A DNA stretch of 63,924 bases, the filler included, from Lama guanicoe (lineage: Eukaryota): assembly GCA_013239625.1 (NCBI GenBank). It is 182 parts of 182 records of this genome, joined end to end, with 100 filler letters (N's around TTAATTAATTAA, not from the genome) between each part and the next. Parts side by side here need not be neighbours in the genome. Positions count along the whole stretch, not along the records: positions 49,242 to 49,493 come from PNXV01048672.1; positions 49,594 to 49,845 come from PNXV01048673.1; positions 49,946 to 50,197 come from PNXV01048674.1; positions 50,298 to 50,549 come from PNXV01048675.1; positions 50,650 to 50,901 come from PNXV01048676.1; positions 51,002 to 51,253 come from PNXV01048677.1; positions 51,354 to 51,605 come from PNXV01048678.1; positions 51,706 to 51,957 come from PNXV01048679.1; 174 more parts are not named here. One strand, written 5' to 3'. The notes beneath the pieces were generated by a model. That model was not told the DNA's origin and searched no databases. It saw only the letters and a program-made list of their open reading frames with translations. Shown piece after piece: positions 49,142 to 62,164 of this stretch. A program made the translations under genes and the position numbers. How positions within the stretch are numbered: position 1 is the stretch's first letter; every line of letters begins with the position of its first letter.

Positions 49142-52100
49142 NNNNNNNNNNNNNNNNNNNNNNNNNNNNNNNNNNNNNNNNNNNNTTAATTAATTAANNN
49201 NNNNNNNNNNNNNNNNNNNNNNNNNNNNNNNNNNNNNNNNNCGATGCAGCAAGGAACACGCTTCCTCTCAATAAAGAATTTAAGAGCGGTTAACAGAATT
49301 GATGTTCAATTGTCCCAACATAGTTTTTGAATTCTGCTCCTGAACTATTCAAAAAGCTAAATAACTATAATGGTACCAGGGCTAATGACAAGAAGCTATT
49401 TATTGGGCACATACATGCCAGGCTTTGTTCTAAGTATTTGTATGTACTCACTCATTAATTATTACAGAAATCTTGTTAAATAGGCTTTTTTTTNNNNNNN
49501 NNNNNNNNNNNNNNNNNNNNNNNNNNNNNNNNNNNNNTTAATTAATTAANNNNNNNNNNNNNNNNNNNNNNNNNNNNNNNNNNNNNNNNNNNNTCCTGAA
49601 CCTTCATTTTCAAACGTCCCATTTCCCCACTAAACCCCCACTTGTCACGTCTGACAAACTCAGTGTTATCTTTGTGCTGCTGTTGAAAGAAACTACTTCT
49701 TCAAAAGGTTGAATCTAGGTTTATTTATTTAAATTGTTTGTTATTCATAGGTACTCTCTTGATTGAAGTTGAGGAAAAAATGCTCTTGAAATAAACAGCC
49801 ACAGTCCAGCTCTTTGATTTCTCAGACGAGGTGGCTTCTGGCTCGNNNNNNNNNNNNNNNNNNNNNNNNNNNNNNNNNNNNNNNNNNNNTTAATTAATTA
49901 ANNNNNNNNNNNNNNNNNNNNNNNNNNNNNNNNNNNNNNNNNNNNTCTCTGCTCTGCCATCACCTGAGCCTGAATGAGCTGAGATGAGCACACACCCTGG
50001 AGAGCATGGTGAATGGTTCATGTCATTGCAACACACTCGCCCTTTGAATGTCAGGGGTTACTTATGATGGACAAACTGAAGGCAGCACCATGTGCACTGC
50101 CCTACCCTACAACTCACTTGAAGCACCAGAACAGCACACAGGGGAAATGCTGGCCCTTTCCAACATAAGGAGAGGGACTATGGGTGAGAAGAGGGTCNNN
50201 NNNNNNNNNNNNNNNNNNNNNNNNNNNNNNNNNNNNNNNNNTTAATTAATTAANNNNNNNNNNNNNNNNNNNNNNNNNNNNNNNNNNNNNNNNNNNNGCA
50301 TGTTGAAAAGGAATTGACTGAATCACAGCTGCAATCTGACAGTGAGAGTCAGACAGCTCTCCAAACCTAGGTAACAGTGGTTTGCAACTAAGATTATAGC
50401 AGATAGAGCTCAGAGAAAAGAAGGAGCATTTGATAAATATCTGTGTTGGAGCTTGTAAACTTCTCAAATACTTCATTTGAAAAAAAGGATGTAGGTATTA
50501 TTATTAGGGTTTCTTGGGCAAAAATTACTGAGTAGACTTAGTGTCTAGANNNNNNNNNNNNNNNNNNNNNNNNNNNNNNNNNNNNNNNNNNNNTTAATTA
50601 ATTAANNNNNNNNNNNNNNNNNNNNNNNNNNNNNNNNNNNNNNNNNNNNGTAAATCCAGTTGTGTCTGTCACTCCATATTGGCTCAAAGTGCCCATAACC
50701 TACTTTATACATTTCAGTTAGCTCTCCGCTGCCTATAGGATGGAGTTCAGACTCTGTAGTTGGAAGCTGACCTCATGACAATCTCGACCCCAGCCCCCAC
50801 TCACTTTTAGTAAATCAAAAAATGGGCTAAATCTTGATCGTATCCAAACTTCTTAATTCTCAGTGCATCGCACATGCTCTTCTCTCCACCTAGGAAGACT
50901 ANNNNNNNNNNNNNNNNNNNNNNNNNNNNNNNNNNNNNNNNNNNNTTAATTAATTAANNNNNNNNNNNNNNNNNNNNNNNNNNNNNNNNNNNNNNNNNNN
51001 NCATGCTGGCAGTAGAGAAGCCTTGGGCAGAGAGCCAGAGATGAAGGGGCCACTGAGGCACGATCTATCAACTTTTAACCACACATGGCTGGGTCCTGGA
51101 TTTGGAATAAAAAGATAGGCGGAGAGGAGGGTTACAGTAAGTTTCTGGTGCAAAGCCTTTTCACTATGCATAAAAATGATCATATGCTTTATCACCTTTG
51201 TTGTATTAATAAGATGAAGTCCACCAATAAGTTATCTCGCAGGTGTGGTCACANNNNNNNNNNNNNNNNNNNNNNNNNNNNNNNNNNNNNNNNNNNNTTA
51301 ATTAATTAANNNNNNNNNNNNNNNNNNNNNNNNNNNNNNNNNNNNNNNNNNNNGGGTACTACTAACATACATCAGCAACTGAAAAACTAGTTTCTCTGCT
51401 CTTAATTTAAACTATGTTAAAGCTGTTATGAGGAATATTTTTATCTTTATTTTAAATTATCCATTTCCAGGAAAACGTTGGAATATTATTTAATTTTTAA
51501 CTAGACCATGTTTGTTTTTGACAAATTTCTAACCTTTATCTGGGTTAGGATATTGTAAGTTTTCTCCTATCCCCTCAAATTAGTTCACATCTGGTCCCAC
51601 TTTTTNNNNNNNNNNNNNNNNNNNNNNNNNNNNNNNNNNNNNNNNNNNNTTAATTAATTAANNNNNNNNNNNNNNNNNNNNNNNNNNNNNNNNNNNNNNN
51701 NNNNNATAGATTGGAAAAAAATTGGGAGAATGAGAGAAAGGTAAATTTTTGGGCTGAGTGAGTCCTTCAAAAAAATATATGAGAATGAGACTGAGTACAG
51801 AAAAGAAGAATTTTGGCACCAAAGAAGAGGAGGGATGTTTTATCCTCTGAAACTGAAAAAAAGCAGATAAGAATTACTACTGAGCTATATTCACCATGTG
51901 GAAGCAGGAAGCTGATGGATTTTATCAATAACTCCCTGGATTTTCTTTTTAAAGTGTNNNNNNNNNNNNNNNNNNNNNNNNNNNNNNNNNNNNNNNNNNN
52001 NTTAATTAATTAANNNNNNNNNNNNNNNNNNNNNNNNNNNNNNNNNNNNNNNNNNNNTCTAGATATTCATTCATTCTGCAACAATGTTGAGGCTCCTGAG

Positions 52101-53465
52101 AGGCCACAAAACAAATACCACAGGTTAAAAAATCCACAGAAAGGCACTGTCCGTAGATGCAGCGATAGGCAGGTGGTGTGATGGATGGTGAAGGGCACAC
52201 AGCACAAAGCCGCCACTAAGACCATCCATGACATGCCCCCTTCCAACTCGCCACCCAACGGATACTCCACAGAGGGCTGAAAACACAGGATGAAGCCAAA
52301 CCCAGCACTNNNNNNNNNNNNNNNNNNNNNNNNNNNNNNNNNNNNNNNNNNNNTTAATTAATTAANNNNNNNNNNNNNNNNNNNNNNNNNNNNNNNNNNN
52401 NNNNNNNNNGAGAGGTGTTGATTAGTGTAAGAGTGAGTAGTCAGTGTGTGAAATTATTCAAAGTGTGTAATAGTAATGTAAATTGTGCATTTATCAACAG
52501 ACTCAAAGACTTAGTGTGAAATTCCTGTAACATAAATTGCAACTTCTTTTGTTTATAAATGGAACCAATTGAGTTTGCTAATTCTTTTGATTCAATTTGC
52601 TCTGAATTATTAAAATGCTAGACTGTTGTAAGTCTCATCAATTACCAAGCACACACACACANNNNNNNNNNNNNNNNNNNNNNNNNNNNNNNNNNNNNNN
52701 NNNNNTTAATTAATTAANNNNNNNNNNNNNNNNNNNNNNNNNNNNNNNNNNNNNNNNNNNNGAGGTGAGGTCCCTCTGCTGGAGCACATTCCCCAAGCAC
52801 ATCGAGCTGCACCCTGATCCAGCATGCTTCTCCTCAGGATGCCTGGAGATGAAGGGACTGTGTGTCTCCCGACCCTTCTCCCCGTGAGTCCCAGCCCCTA
52901 CCAGCAGTGCTTGCTGGTGTCCACCCACACCCTCGGCAGGATACCCAGGAACACATTAGCCCTTCTAGACCTCTCCTAGGGTAATTTTTCACTGAATACA
53001 TTACGGATCTTTCNNNNNNNNNNNNNNNNNNNNNNNNNNNNNNNNNNNNNNNNNNNNTTAATTAATTAANNNNNNNNNNNNNNNNNNNNNNNNNNNNNNN
53101 NNNNNNNNNNNNNAGTGCTATGGACAGTACTAAGGATAATCCATTTATTCAACAAGTATTTATTGCTTTGCTCATTCCTACCTGAGGGACTTTGCACCTT
53201 TGTTCTCTTTGCTTCTAATGGTTTCCCCTCAGACATGTGCAAGGCTTACTCCTTACTTCAGCCTCTGCTCAAATGTCACCTCCTCAGACAGGCCTTACTA
53301 ACTAACCATAGTCATTTCTAACCCTTTACCCTGATTTAGTTTTCTCCCTTGCACTTAAAAACCTTNNNNNNNNNNNNNNNNNNNNNNNNNNNNNNNNNNN
53401 NNNNNNNNNTTAATTAATTAANNNNNNNNNNNNNNNNNNNNNNNNNNNNNNNNNNNNNNNNNNNN

Positions 53466-53717
53466 TGGGTAAAGGTAGATTTATTCAGAGAGATACATTG
53501 AAAGGCAAGAGAAACACCACGAGGTGTGGGGGTTTGATGCTCAGATTAAAAGTAGGTACCCAATCCACAGACAGTGTGTGGGCCTTCTCCGAAGAGGGAG
53601 AGACAGGGGTGACCGCGAGGCTGCGCTGTGTTGCTGGTTTTCCTGGGCTTGGTGGTTTCATATGCTCTTAAGTAGAAGGACCAGCCTAAGGGCAAGGGGA
53701 TGGAATTCCCAGGGAGT
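53466..53717. mobile_element. ERV1 LTR fragment (related to the 3511-3761 family)
   Basis: ggtaaaggtagatttattcagagaga...ccacagacagtgtgtgggcc...tgggcttggtggtttcatatgct. Confidence 0.65.
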
Positions 53718-55225
53718 NNNNNNNNNNNNNNNNNNNNNNNNNNNNNNNNNNNNNNNNNNNNTTAATTAATTAANNNNNNNNNNNNNNNNNNNNNNNNNNN
53801 NNNNNNNNNNNNNNNNNTAAATCAATATTTAGATATTTGGGAAACATTCTCAAAGTTCCGGAAATGATACTGGAGTCATTAAAAAGTTTCTAAATATGAG
53901 GAAGTGCTTCGCTATTACTTGGCTTAGCTACAGCTGAGCTCTAACAGAACTTCCGATCATAATAGGTAAAACACCTGAATTCAACTGAGCTTAAAAACTG
54001 ATATGTAGACCAGAGATTATCGTAAATCTACAGAAAATTCTTTCCCATGAAGTCAAGAAAGTGAGCCCCNNNNNNNNNNNNNNNNNNNNNNNNNNNNNNN
54101 NNNNNNNNNNNNNTTAATTAATTAANNNNNNNNNNNNNNNNNNNNNNNNNNNNNNNNNNNNNNNNNNNNTTACAGGAAAGCAATGTTCTTTACACTTGGC
54201 CAGGCACAGCCTACGGACTCACATGAATCTAAGAGCCAGTCCTGGTTCGGCCTGACTAACCAGTGAGCTTGACTAAGGTACCCAGTCCTTCGGAGTCTGA
54301 GCGCTGTCTTCTGCAGAGCGGGGCGTTCTGCCGGCGAGCCGGGCGCGCCTGCGGAGGCGCATGGCTTAGTGAGTGCACGTAAGTGACAGTCGCTATGCGG
54401 TAGGCGCTGCTGCCACTGCTGNNNNNNNNNNNNNNNNNNNNNNNNNNNNNNNNNNNNNNNNNNNNTTAATTAATTAANNNNNNNNNNNNNNNNNNNNNNN
54501 NNNNNNNNNNNNNNNNNNNNNGAATGAGATGTTTGGCTGACTTTAGATACTGCAATTTCTTAATGATCTAAAGCAATAAATGAAAGGGTCCATCATTAAG
54601 TTAAATCCATAGCGGATCCCAAACCTTCATTTTAGCCAAAACTTTCACCTTAATCGTATCTTTTACCAGACTTGCTAACAGATAACCCAAAGAGGTGTGT
54701 TAGTAAGTGGAGAAACTGCCCAAAGTGGTCCACTGAGAGAAGAGGAAGGATTCAGACTGGCACAGTCTGTCCCNNNNNNNNNNNNNNNNNNNNNNNNNNN
54801 NNNNNNNNNNNNNNNNNTTAATTAATTAANNNNNNNNNNNNNNNNNNNNNNNNNNNNNNNNNNNNNNNNNNNNCAGAAGAGGTTAAGTAAAAATCTCACA
54901 GTTCTCAATTTGAATCGGATGTATCTGTATAAACAACAGAGAATTTTCTCAAATATGTAATATCTAGCACTTCCTAGGGAAAAGACCTAGAAACAATGAT
55001 CAAGCCAGAAGCACGGGGGATACCAGTGTCAAATATTTAGTATTCAATATTATTTCCCACTAAAAGAAACTAAGGTTTCTTGGAGAAATTACTGATTCTA
55101 GTCCTGGGCAGGAAACATTCAAGATNNNNNNNNNNNNNNNNNNNNNNNNNNNNNNNNNNNNNNNNNNNNTTAATTAATTAANNNNNNNNNNNNNNNNNNN
55201 NNNNNNNNNNNNNNNNNNNNNNNNN

Positions 55226-55477
55226 GGTTAATAGACCATAAGGTTTAGTGTTAATTCAGAGGGTATAATTTTTGGTAATCATGTTAATTGTATTAATATA
55301 ATGTTTGGAATAATGAGTTTTAGCCTTGAAGAAGGTTAAGATTTTGTACATAATCAGTACCGTAGGCGTTGGGTCCCACAGCTGTTACTGATGGTCCCGG
55401 TGTAGCCACACAGGCGGGAGCACTGATGGTAGGTGTTATGCCAGCTCATATAGAATGGGTGCTGAGCATGGTGACAG
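55226..55477 (-). pseudogene. ND4L/ND4: NUMT: nuclear copy of the mitochondrial ND4L 3' part and ND4 5' end
   Basis: Minus strand ...NAYGTDYVQNLNLLQG* (ND4L ends NTYGTDYVQNLNLLQC*). The overlap CAATGCTAA is mutated to CAAGGCTAA (55328-55320), destroying the ND4 ATG, and is followed by a degenerate ND4 start ctaaaactcattattcca. Confidence 0.9.
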
Positions 55478-55929
55478 NNNNNNNNNNNNNNNNNNNNNNN
55501 NNNNNNNNNNNNNNNNNNNNNTTAATTAATTAANNNNNNNNNNNNNNNNNNNNNNNNNNNNNNNNNNNNNNNNNNNNTGATTATGAAAATATAAAAATAA
55601 AGTGATGGAAAAACTTATACAAGGCAGTACTATCATAAATAAATAAGACATTTTTAAAATAGCTAATAATTATAATTGGAATTCATATAAAAAAGCATTA
55701 ATCAAGAAAAAAAGATACTTTATAAAAAAAGGTTATGACTACCATGGCACCAAATAACAAACAGCAACACACAAAAAGCAAAACCACATGAAATGTAGGG
55801 AGAAACAGAAATACAGGAAGAATTGAACTNNNNNNNNNNNNNNNNNNNNNNNNNNNNNNNNNNNNNNNNNNNNTTAATTAATTAANNNNNNNNNNNNNNN
55901 NNNNNNNNNNNNNNNNNNNNNNNNNNNNN

Positions 55930-56180
55930 AACAGAAATAAAAGCAAAAATAAACAAATGGGACCTAATTAAACTTATTTATTTATTTATTGTTTTTTTTT
56001 TTTTGCCAAGGGGAGGTAATCAGGTTTATTTCTTTATTTATTTCTAGAGGGGGTACTGGGGATTGAACCCAGGACCTTGTGAATGCTACGCATGTACTCT
56101 ACCACTTGAGCTATTCTCTCCCCCCAGGACATAATTAAACTTATAAGCTTTTGCACAGCAAAGAAAACCATAAGCAAAAC
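55930..56180 (+). mobile_element. L1 ORF2 fragment interrupted by a SINE
   Basis: aaaaataaacaaatgggacctaattaaactta[SINE]...agcttttgcacagcaaagaaaacc, the KWDLIKL.SFCTAK region of ORF2p. Confidence 0.92.
55978..56125 (-). mobile_element. Full-length tRNA-derived camelid SINE (vic-1 type) with 18-bp target-site duplication
   Basis: Minus strand: A-box TAGCTCAAGTGG, B-box GGTTCAATCC, tail aacctgattacctcccc plus A-rich end. TSD is ggacctaattaaacttat (55960-55977) / ggacataattaaacttat (56127-56144). Confidence 0.93.
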
Positions 56181-57034
56181 NNNNNNNNNNNNNNNNNNNN
56201 NNNNNNNNNNNNNNNNNNNNNNNNTTAATTAATTAANNNNNNNNNNNNNNNNNNNNNNNNNNNNNNNNNNNNNNNNNNNNGAAGGACCCATTTGAGGACA
56301 AGACAGATTTCGCATTTGTTTACATGCTTCTTCCATAAACGAGCAGCACTAGGTAAACACAAAACTGTTTTGCACTCAGGTGAGCAGAGCCAGCTGCGAC
56401 TCCACAGAGCCCACGGGGACCGGGAGCCGCACCCATCCCCACCTGCTGTCACCACTTCCCATCAGATCTCAGGGAAGCCGCCCCCCACCACCTCGCAGTA
56501 AGCCACAGCTGCTGCCACCCTCCCCTGCTGCTNNNNNNNNNNNNNNNNNNNNNNNNNNNNNNNNNNNNNNNNNNNNTTAATTAATTAANNNNNNNNNNNN
56601 NNNNNNNNNNNNNNNNNNNNNNNNNNNNNNNNATTGCACTGGAGAAATTCACAGTGGAAAAATCACTCAAATTTGATGGTAAAAGAGACAGCCAATATTT
56701 TGGTGAAGTATTTGCCCCAGATAAAGTAAAGTAGTAACCTTATTAAGGTATGATAAGCTCATAGAAATCATATGAAGTACAAAAACATTATCATATAAAT
56801 TAATATTGAAGGCTAACCATAAAAATTAATAAAAGCCCCAAATGCTGAAATTAATGAGTAAAATTGTTAGTAATCACAAATATGNNNNNNNNNNNNNNNN
56901 NNNNNNNNNNNNNNNNNNNNNNNNNNNNTTAATTAATTAANNNNNNNNNNNNNNNNNNNNNNNNNNNNNNNNNNNNNNNNNNNNTCCTCTGGACGAGGTT
57001 GTCATTTTTGGACTCGTTTAGCCACAGGTGCAGG

Positions 57035-57236
57035 TGTTGCTGGTGACTAGGTTCTTGTCCTGTTGCAGAAAGAATTCAGAGATGAGATACAGAGGTTAAG
57101 AAAGTAAAGTGAGGATTTATTAAGTGATGGGACACACTCGAGATGAGCGGGCAGACTCAGGTGAGCAGCTGCCCTGAGTTTCTTTGGGAAGTTGGTTACA
57201 TAGGCTATAAAAATGAATGGGCAGAATATTCACTGC
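57035..57236. mobile_element. ERV1 LTR terminal fragment
   Basis: Starts TGTT...ggttcttgtcc...gaaagaattcagagatgagatacagag...gatttattaag, a typical LTR end read antisense. Confidence 0.6.
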
Positions 57237-59096
57237 NNNNNNNNNNNNNNNNNNNNNNNNNNNNNNNNNNNNNNNNNNNNTTAATTAATTAANNNNNNNN
57301 NNNNNNNNNNNNNNNNNNNNNNNNNNNNNNNNNNNNTGTTCAAGATTGTACCAAAACAACTGGCAGGAGGTCTGAAGACCACTCATGCTGACACCTCTCC
57401 AGTAGGAAACACGACATCAGTGGGAAATGCCCCAAATGGCGATGAGGAGCTCTGGGCAGGACACTGACAGGCTGAGCCCTGACACCCGCTGACCTTTCCG
57501 TCATGAAGCACATACAGAAGGAGAAGACATGCTCTTATGAGGAACTTACAGCTTAGTTAGCAGAGGTAACTAACAGCAAAAAATGAAGNNNNNNNNNNNN
57601 NNNNNNNNNNNNNNNNNNNNNNNNNNNNNNNNTTAATTAATTAANNNNNNNNNNNNNNNNNNNNNNNNNNNNNNNNNNNNNNNNNNNNATAGCAGATGCA
57701 TATGATGTATGAACTCTGACATCAGATAGACCTTGATACATCCCAGCCCCTCCACTTCCAGGCCTGGTGATGCTGAGTAAGTTACCTTGTTTTCCTGATT
57801 CTCAGTTTCCTCATATTCAAAATGGTATGAATAAGTTGTGAAGATTAAGTGAGAGAACAAAACATAAAGGGTCTAGCACTATCTCAACATGGGAAAAAAG
57901 GTGAATCAGGAATCATTATCACTTTCAACATTTAGACAAANNNNNNNNNNNNNNNNNNNNNNNNNNNNNNNNNNNNNNNNNNNNTTAATTAATTAANNNN
58001 NNNNNNNNNNNNNNNNNNNNNNNNNNNNNNNNNNNNNNNNGAATCAACACATAGAACAAATCCTTTATCAGCCCCTTACTTAGTCCTGCTGGAGCTCCAG
58101 CGGGAAATCAGAGCATCACACAGCGCAGTAAGGTCGAGGTGACATGTCAGTTGAATACATATTGCTTTTCCAATCCCATGATGCCCATAAACTCGCTTTT
58201 CAGGTTAGATTTCCCCCGAGGCTGCATTAGAATGAGTGGTCCTCATCCTTTTAGTTAAACTTCTCTTCCTGTTCCTGCATCGCAGAGAGACANNNNNNNN
58301 NNNNNNNNNNNNNNNNNNNNNNNNNNNNNNNNNNNNTTAATTAATTAANNNNNNNNNNNNNNNNNNNNNNNNNNNNNNNNNNNNNNNNNNNNTACTGGGC
58401 CTCTTCTTTCCAGGATGCTTGGGGGTGCCTCGAGTGAGTCAGTTCCCCTGCAAGGAGCCTCAGCGTTCTCCACGTTCAGGGAGGCTGTTAACTGAGTAGA
58501 GTCCCATGCATCTCCAAGGCTATATGCCTTAAACTTGTACAAATAACAAATAGTTATTTGTCAATAAAACTGGAGAAATGTATAATTCACTGGGTTTTGG
58601 TATGTTCACAGGTTTGTAAATTCATCACAATTTTGTTATTTTTTNNNNNNNNNNNNNNNNNNNNNNNNNNNNNNNNNNNNNNNNNNNNTTAATTAATTAA
58701 NNNNNNNNNNNNNNNNNNNNNNNNNNNNNNNNNNNNNNNNNNNNAACAGAGTGAGTGAATTTGCAAATAAAAATATTAAGACTACTGTAGTAATAGTGTG
58801 ATTTCATGGAAAGACCATGAGATTCAGAGTCAGACAACTTCATCACTTGGGGCCAGAACAAGTCATTTAACTTCTAAACTGAAAGCACAAATGCATTGGT
58901 GACTCTGCTTTTATACATTTAACCCAAACTGCTTCTCTGAACTACAACACTTTGCAAATCACTCTTTGGCTGGGTGAACACTCAGTTCATCTTGTTNNNN
59001 NNNNNNNNNNNNNNNNNNNNNNNNNNNNNNNNNNNNNNNNTTAATTAATTAANNNNNNNNNNNNNNNNNNNNNNNNNNNNNNNNNNNNNNNNNNNN

Positions 59097-59348
59097 GAAG
59101 GAAGAAAGGTGAGTGGCTGGATAGGTAGGTACATGGGTTCGGAGATAGATATGTGGAGGGAGAGAGGTGGAAGGAAAGAAAAACATAGGTGGGTGGCTGG
59201 ACGAATGGACAGGTAAACAGATATATGGGAGGTAGTGAGCGAGATGAACAGAAAGGAGAGAAAGAAGTGAGTGGCTGGATAGGTAGGTATATGGTTTGGT
59301 ACATAGGTGGATGGGTAGGTGGAGAATGGGGAGGCAGGGAGGGAAGTA
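59097..59348. repeat. Purine-rich low-complexity repeat (GGAT/AGGT-like) with internal duplication
   Basis: gagtggctggataggtaggta occurs twice; G/A-rich throughout. Confidence 0.75.
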
Positions 59349-60504
59349 NNNNNNNNNNNNNNNNNNNNNNNNNNNNNNNNNNNNNNNNNNNNTTAATTAA
59401 TTAANNNNNNNNNNNNNNNNNNNNNNNNNNNNNNNNNNNNNNNNNNNNGACACCAGAGGCCAGCACCAGGCCAGGCTGCAGGGGAGATGGGAGCAAGTAG
59501 ACTGGAGCATCTTGGGCAGGCCCCCTACCCCCGCCGTCAATGCCGCAGCCACCCTCAGACCCCTGACAGCACAACACAGGCCTCCAGGGAGCAAGGTAAT
59601 CCTAAAACGTGCATCAGGAGAACCTGGGTAAGCAAATGCCGCCCACAGGCCAGGCCTCGGGAGAGATGCGAACACACCCAGTGGCTCACACCTGGCAGCC
59701 NNNNNNNNNNNNNNNNNNNNNNNNNNNNNNNNNNNNNNNNNNNNTTAATTAATTAANNNNNNNNNNNNNNNNNNNNNNNNNNNNNNNNNNNNNNNNNNNN
59801 TCTAATTTAAAAATGCACAATAGCAGATTCTTCTAGGAAGACCCAACCAGAATTGATAGAGTATAGAGTCTCACAGATGAATATCACTAATTTATCAAGC
59901 TGTCTCTTCTAGAGGAAGATTGAAGAGCGGATGTTAGATTATGAGAGGGAAAAAGAGGGCATCGTGATGGTGTTTGCATTAGAGTTTCTCCCATTAGAAA
60001 AAAATGAAATATGCTTCAAGAAAACAAAGGGAGTAGCATTTTCTGTCAAAGGNNNNNNNNNNNNNNNNNNNNNNNNNNNNNNNNNNNNNNNNNNNNTTAA
60101 TTAATTAANNNNNNNNNNNNNNNNNNNNNNNNNNNNNNNNNNNNNNNNNNNNGCTGCCTGGGGAGTGGTTTCCTGGGGAGACTGGCCGTCGTGATGTCAC
60201 TGCTGGAGCAGGGCTGAGGGCCCAGATCGGGGAAGACTTCCCAGGGAGGAAGGTTTGAGCCAAGACTCTCAGCCCCAGAGTCGGTCCGGGGAGCAGGTGC
60301 TGGGAAAGTGGGATCTGCAGTCGGTGACGTCGCACGCCCTGAAATCAGAGTTATAACTGTGACAGGTGGCAAGTCTATAAACACAGTCCCATGCCTTATA
60401 ATTANNNNNNNNNNNNNNNNNNNNNNNNNNNNNNNNNNNNNNNNNNNNTTAATTAATTAANNNNNNNNNNNNNNNNNNNNNNNNNNNNNNNNNNNNNNNN
60501 NNNN

Positions 60505-60756
60505 TCTGTGATGAGTGATCGTCGACATCGCTGTTGTAATAATTTAGGTGTCATGAGCCACACTCATGGAAGGCAGAGAACTCAACTGATAAATACTGTG
60601 TGGGTTCTGATTCCCCCGCAGACCAGCCATTTCCCCATCTCTCTCCCCTCTGCCTCGGGCTCCCCTAGTCCCTGAGACACAACATTGCATTAGGCCAGTC
60701 GATAACTCCACAGTGGCCTCCAAGTGTTCAAGTCAATGGGCTGCCCATCTCTCGTG
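60505..60756 (+). mobile_element. Tigger1 DNA transposon 5' region with decayed transposase start
   Basis: tctgtgatgagtgatc...ccctgagacacaac...attaggccagtcgataac...gtggcctccaagtgttcaagt (consensus ATGGCCTCTAAGTGTTCAAGT). Confidence 0.88.
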
Positions 60757-61912
60757 NNNNNNNNNNNNNNNNNNNNNNNNNNNNNNNNNNNNNNNNNNNN
60801 TTAATTAATTAANNNNNNNNNNNNNNNNNNNNNNNNNNNNNNNNNNNNNNNNNNNNAAAAAAAAATTGGCCAGGTTGAATGGTTGATGAATCTGCTTTTC
60901 TGTAACTAAGGACTGCAGATCTCCAGCTTTTCCCTGATGTGTGTTAAGTGTCTGACTAGCTCCAGTAGTCCTGAAGCTGCTGCATCCAGAAAGAACGTGT
61001 CTGCAGGAAAGAGGAACTGCATCTCAGCAAATGATTTCCCATGCCTCCTTGCTGGATGTACCATGCTAAGCACTGTGGCATGAGAAAGGTGATCAATTCT
61101 AACCAGGGNNNNNNNNNNNNNNNNNNNNNNNNNNNNNNNNNNNNNNNNNNNNTTAATTAATTAANNNNNNNNNNNNNNNNNNNNNNNNNNNNNNNNNNNN
61201 NNNNNNNNAAACCCTATGAAATTACATCCTATCCTCTATTTTCCCATATGGAGCCTGACAAGAGAAAACGTGACGTCCGTATAGAAGCCATTCTTCTAAT
61301 CTGTTTGATACACTATTGCCATCTTTCCCTTAATAAACATAAATATTAAGATTAATATATAAAAGAAACGGTTTACTGTTTCATTATAATTCAAAGTCAC
61401 TCTGCAGTGTTGCCCCAGCATTTGTGAATGGTGCCCCAGGATTCAAGTGAATGGCACTGCNNNNNNNNNNNNNNNNNNNNNNNNNNNNNNNNNNNNNNNN
61501 NNNNTTAATTAATTAANNNNNNNNNNNNNNNNNNNNNNNNNNNNNNNNNNNNNNNNNNNNTTTATTAAGAGCAATTTCAACCTAAAACAACTTTCCCACT
61601 GATGACTAAATTCCCAAGAAAAATAATCCGAAAAGACATCAACATTTAATCTTCTAAGACGTGAAATTGTTGTTCCTTATGAAAGCTAATGTGTACAGTG
61701 GAAATCCTGCCGCTAATGGAGGCATTTCCCTCTGAAATTCCTGAAGTGTTCATTGAAATAGCATCTTTCAAGGTCTCTGGAGATGTTCCTTTTTCCAGTA
61801 TCTTCACACAGGNNNNNNNNNNNNNNNNNNNNNNNNNNNNNNNNNNNNNNNNNNNNTTAATTAATTAANNNNNNNNNNNNNNNNNNNNNNNNNNNNNNNN
61901 NNNNNNNNNNNN

Positions 61913-62164
61913 TCACATTAAAAGCACACAGACTCCAGGAGAACACCAACACCCACCCACCATTTTTTTTTAATCTGTTTTTACATGTTCTATTTTCTAT
62001 TACCCTCTTAATTTTTACTTTTTAATTCTTTTCTATTTCTCTTGGGTTTTGATGTCCTGTTATTAATTACACACAGGTTTCAAATACATTTTTTCATCTT
62101 TTCCGCTTTTTTTTAAAAGGTATTAAAAGGACATCTCAACCCGATTTATATTCTGCTTCAACTC
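61913..62164 (+). mobile_element. Probable L1 5'UTR T-rich internal segment
   Basis: T-rich tracts typical of the artiodactyl L1 5'UTR upstream of ORF1. Confidence 0.4.

Noticed and set aside
60153..60384. Two overlapping open frames after a possible splice acceptor on the minus strand
   Set aside because: GC-rich sequence gives long open frames by chance, and I recognise no protein family.
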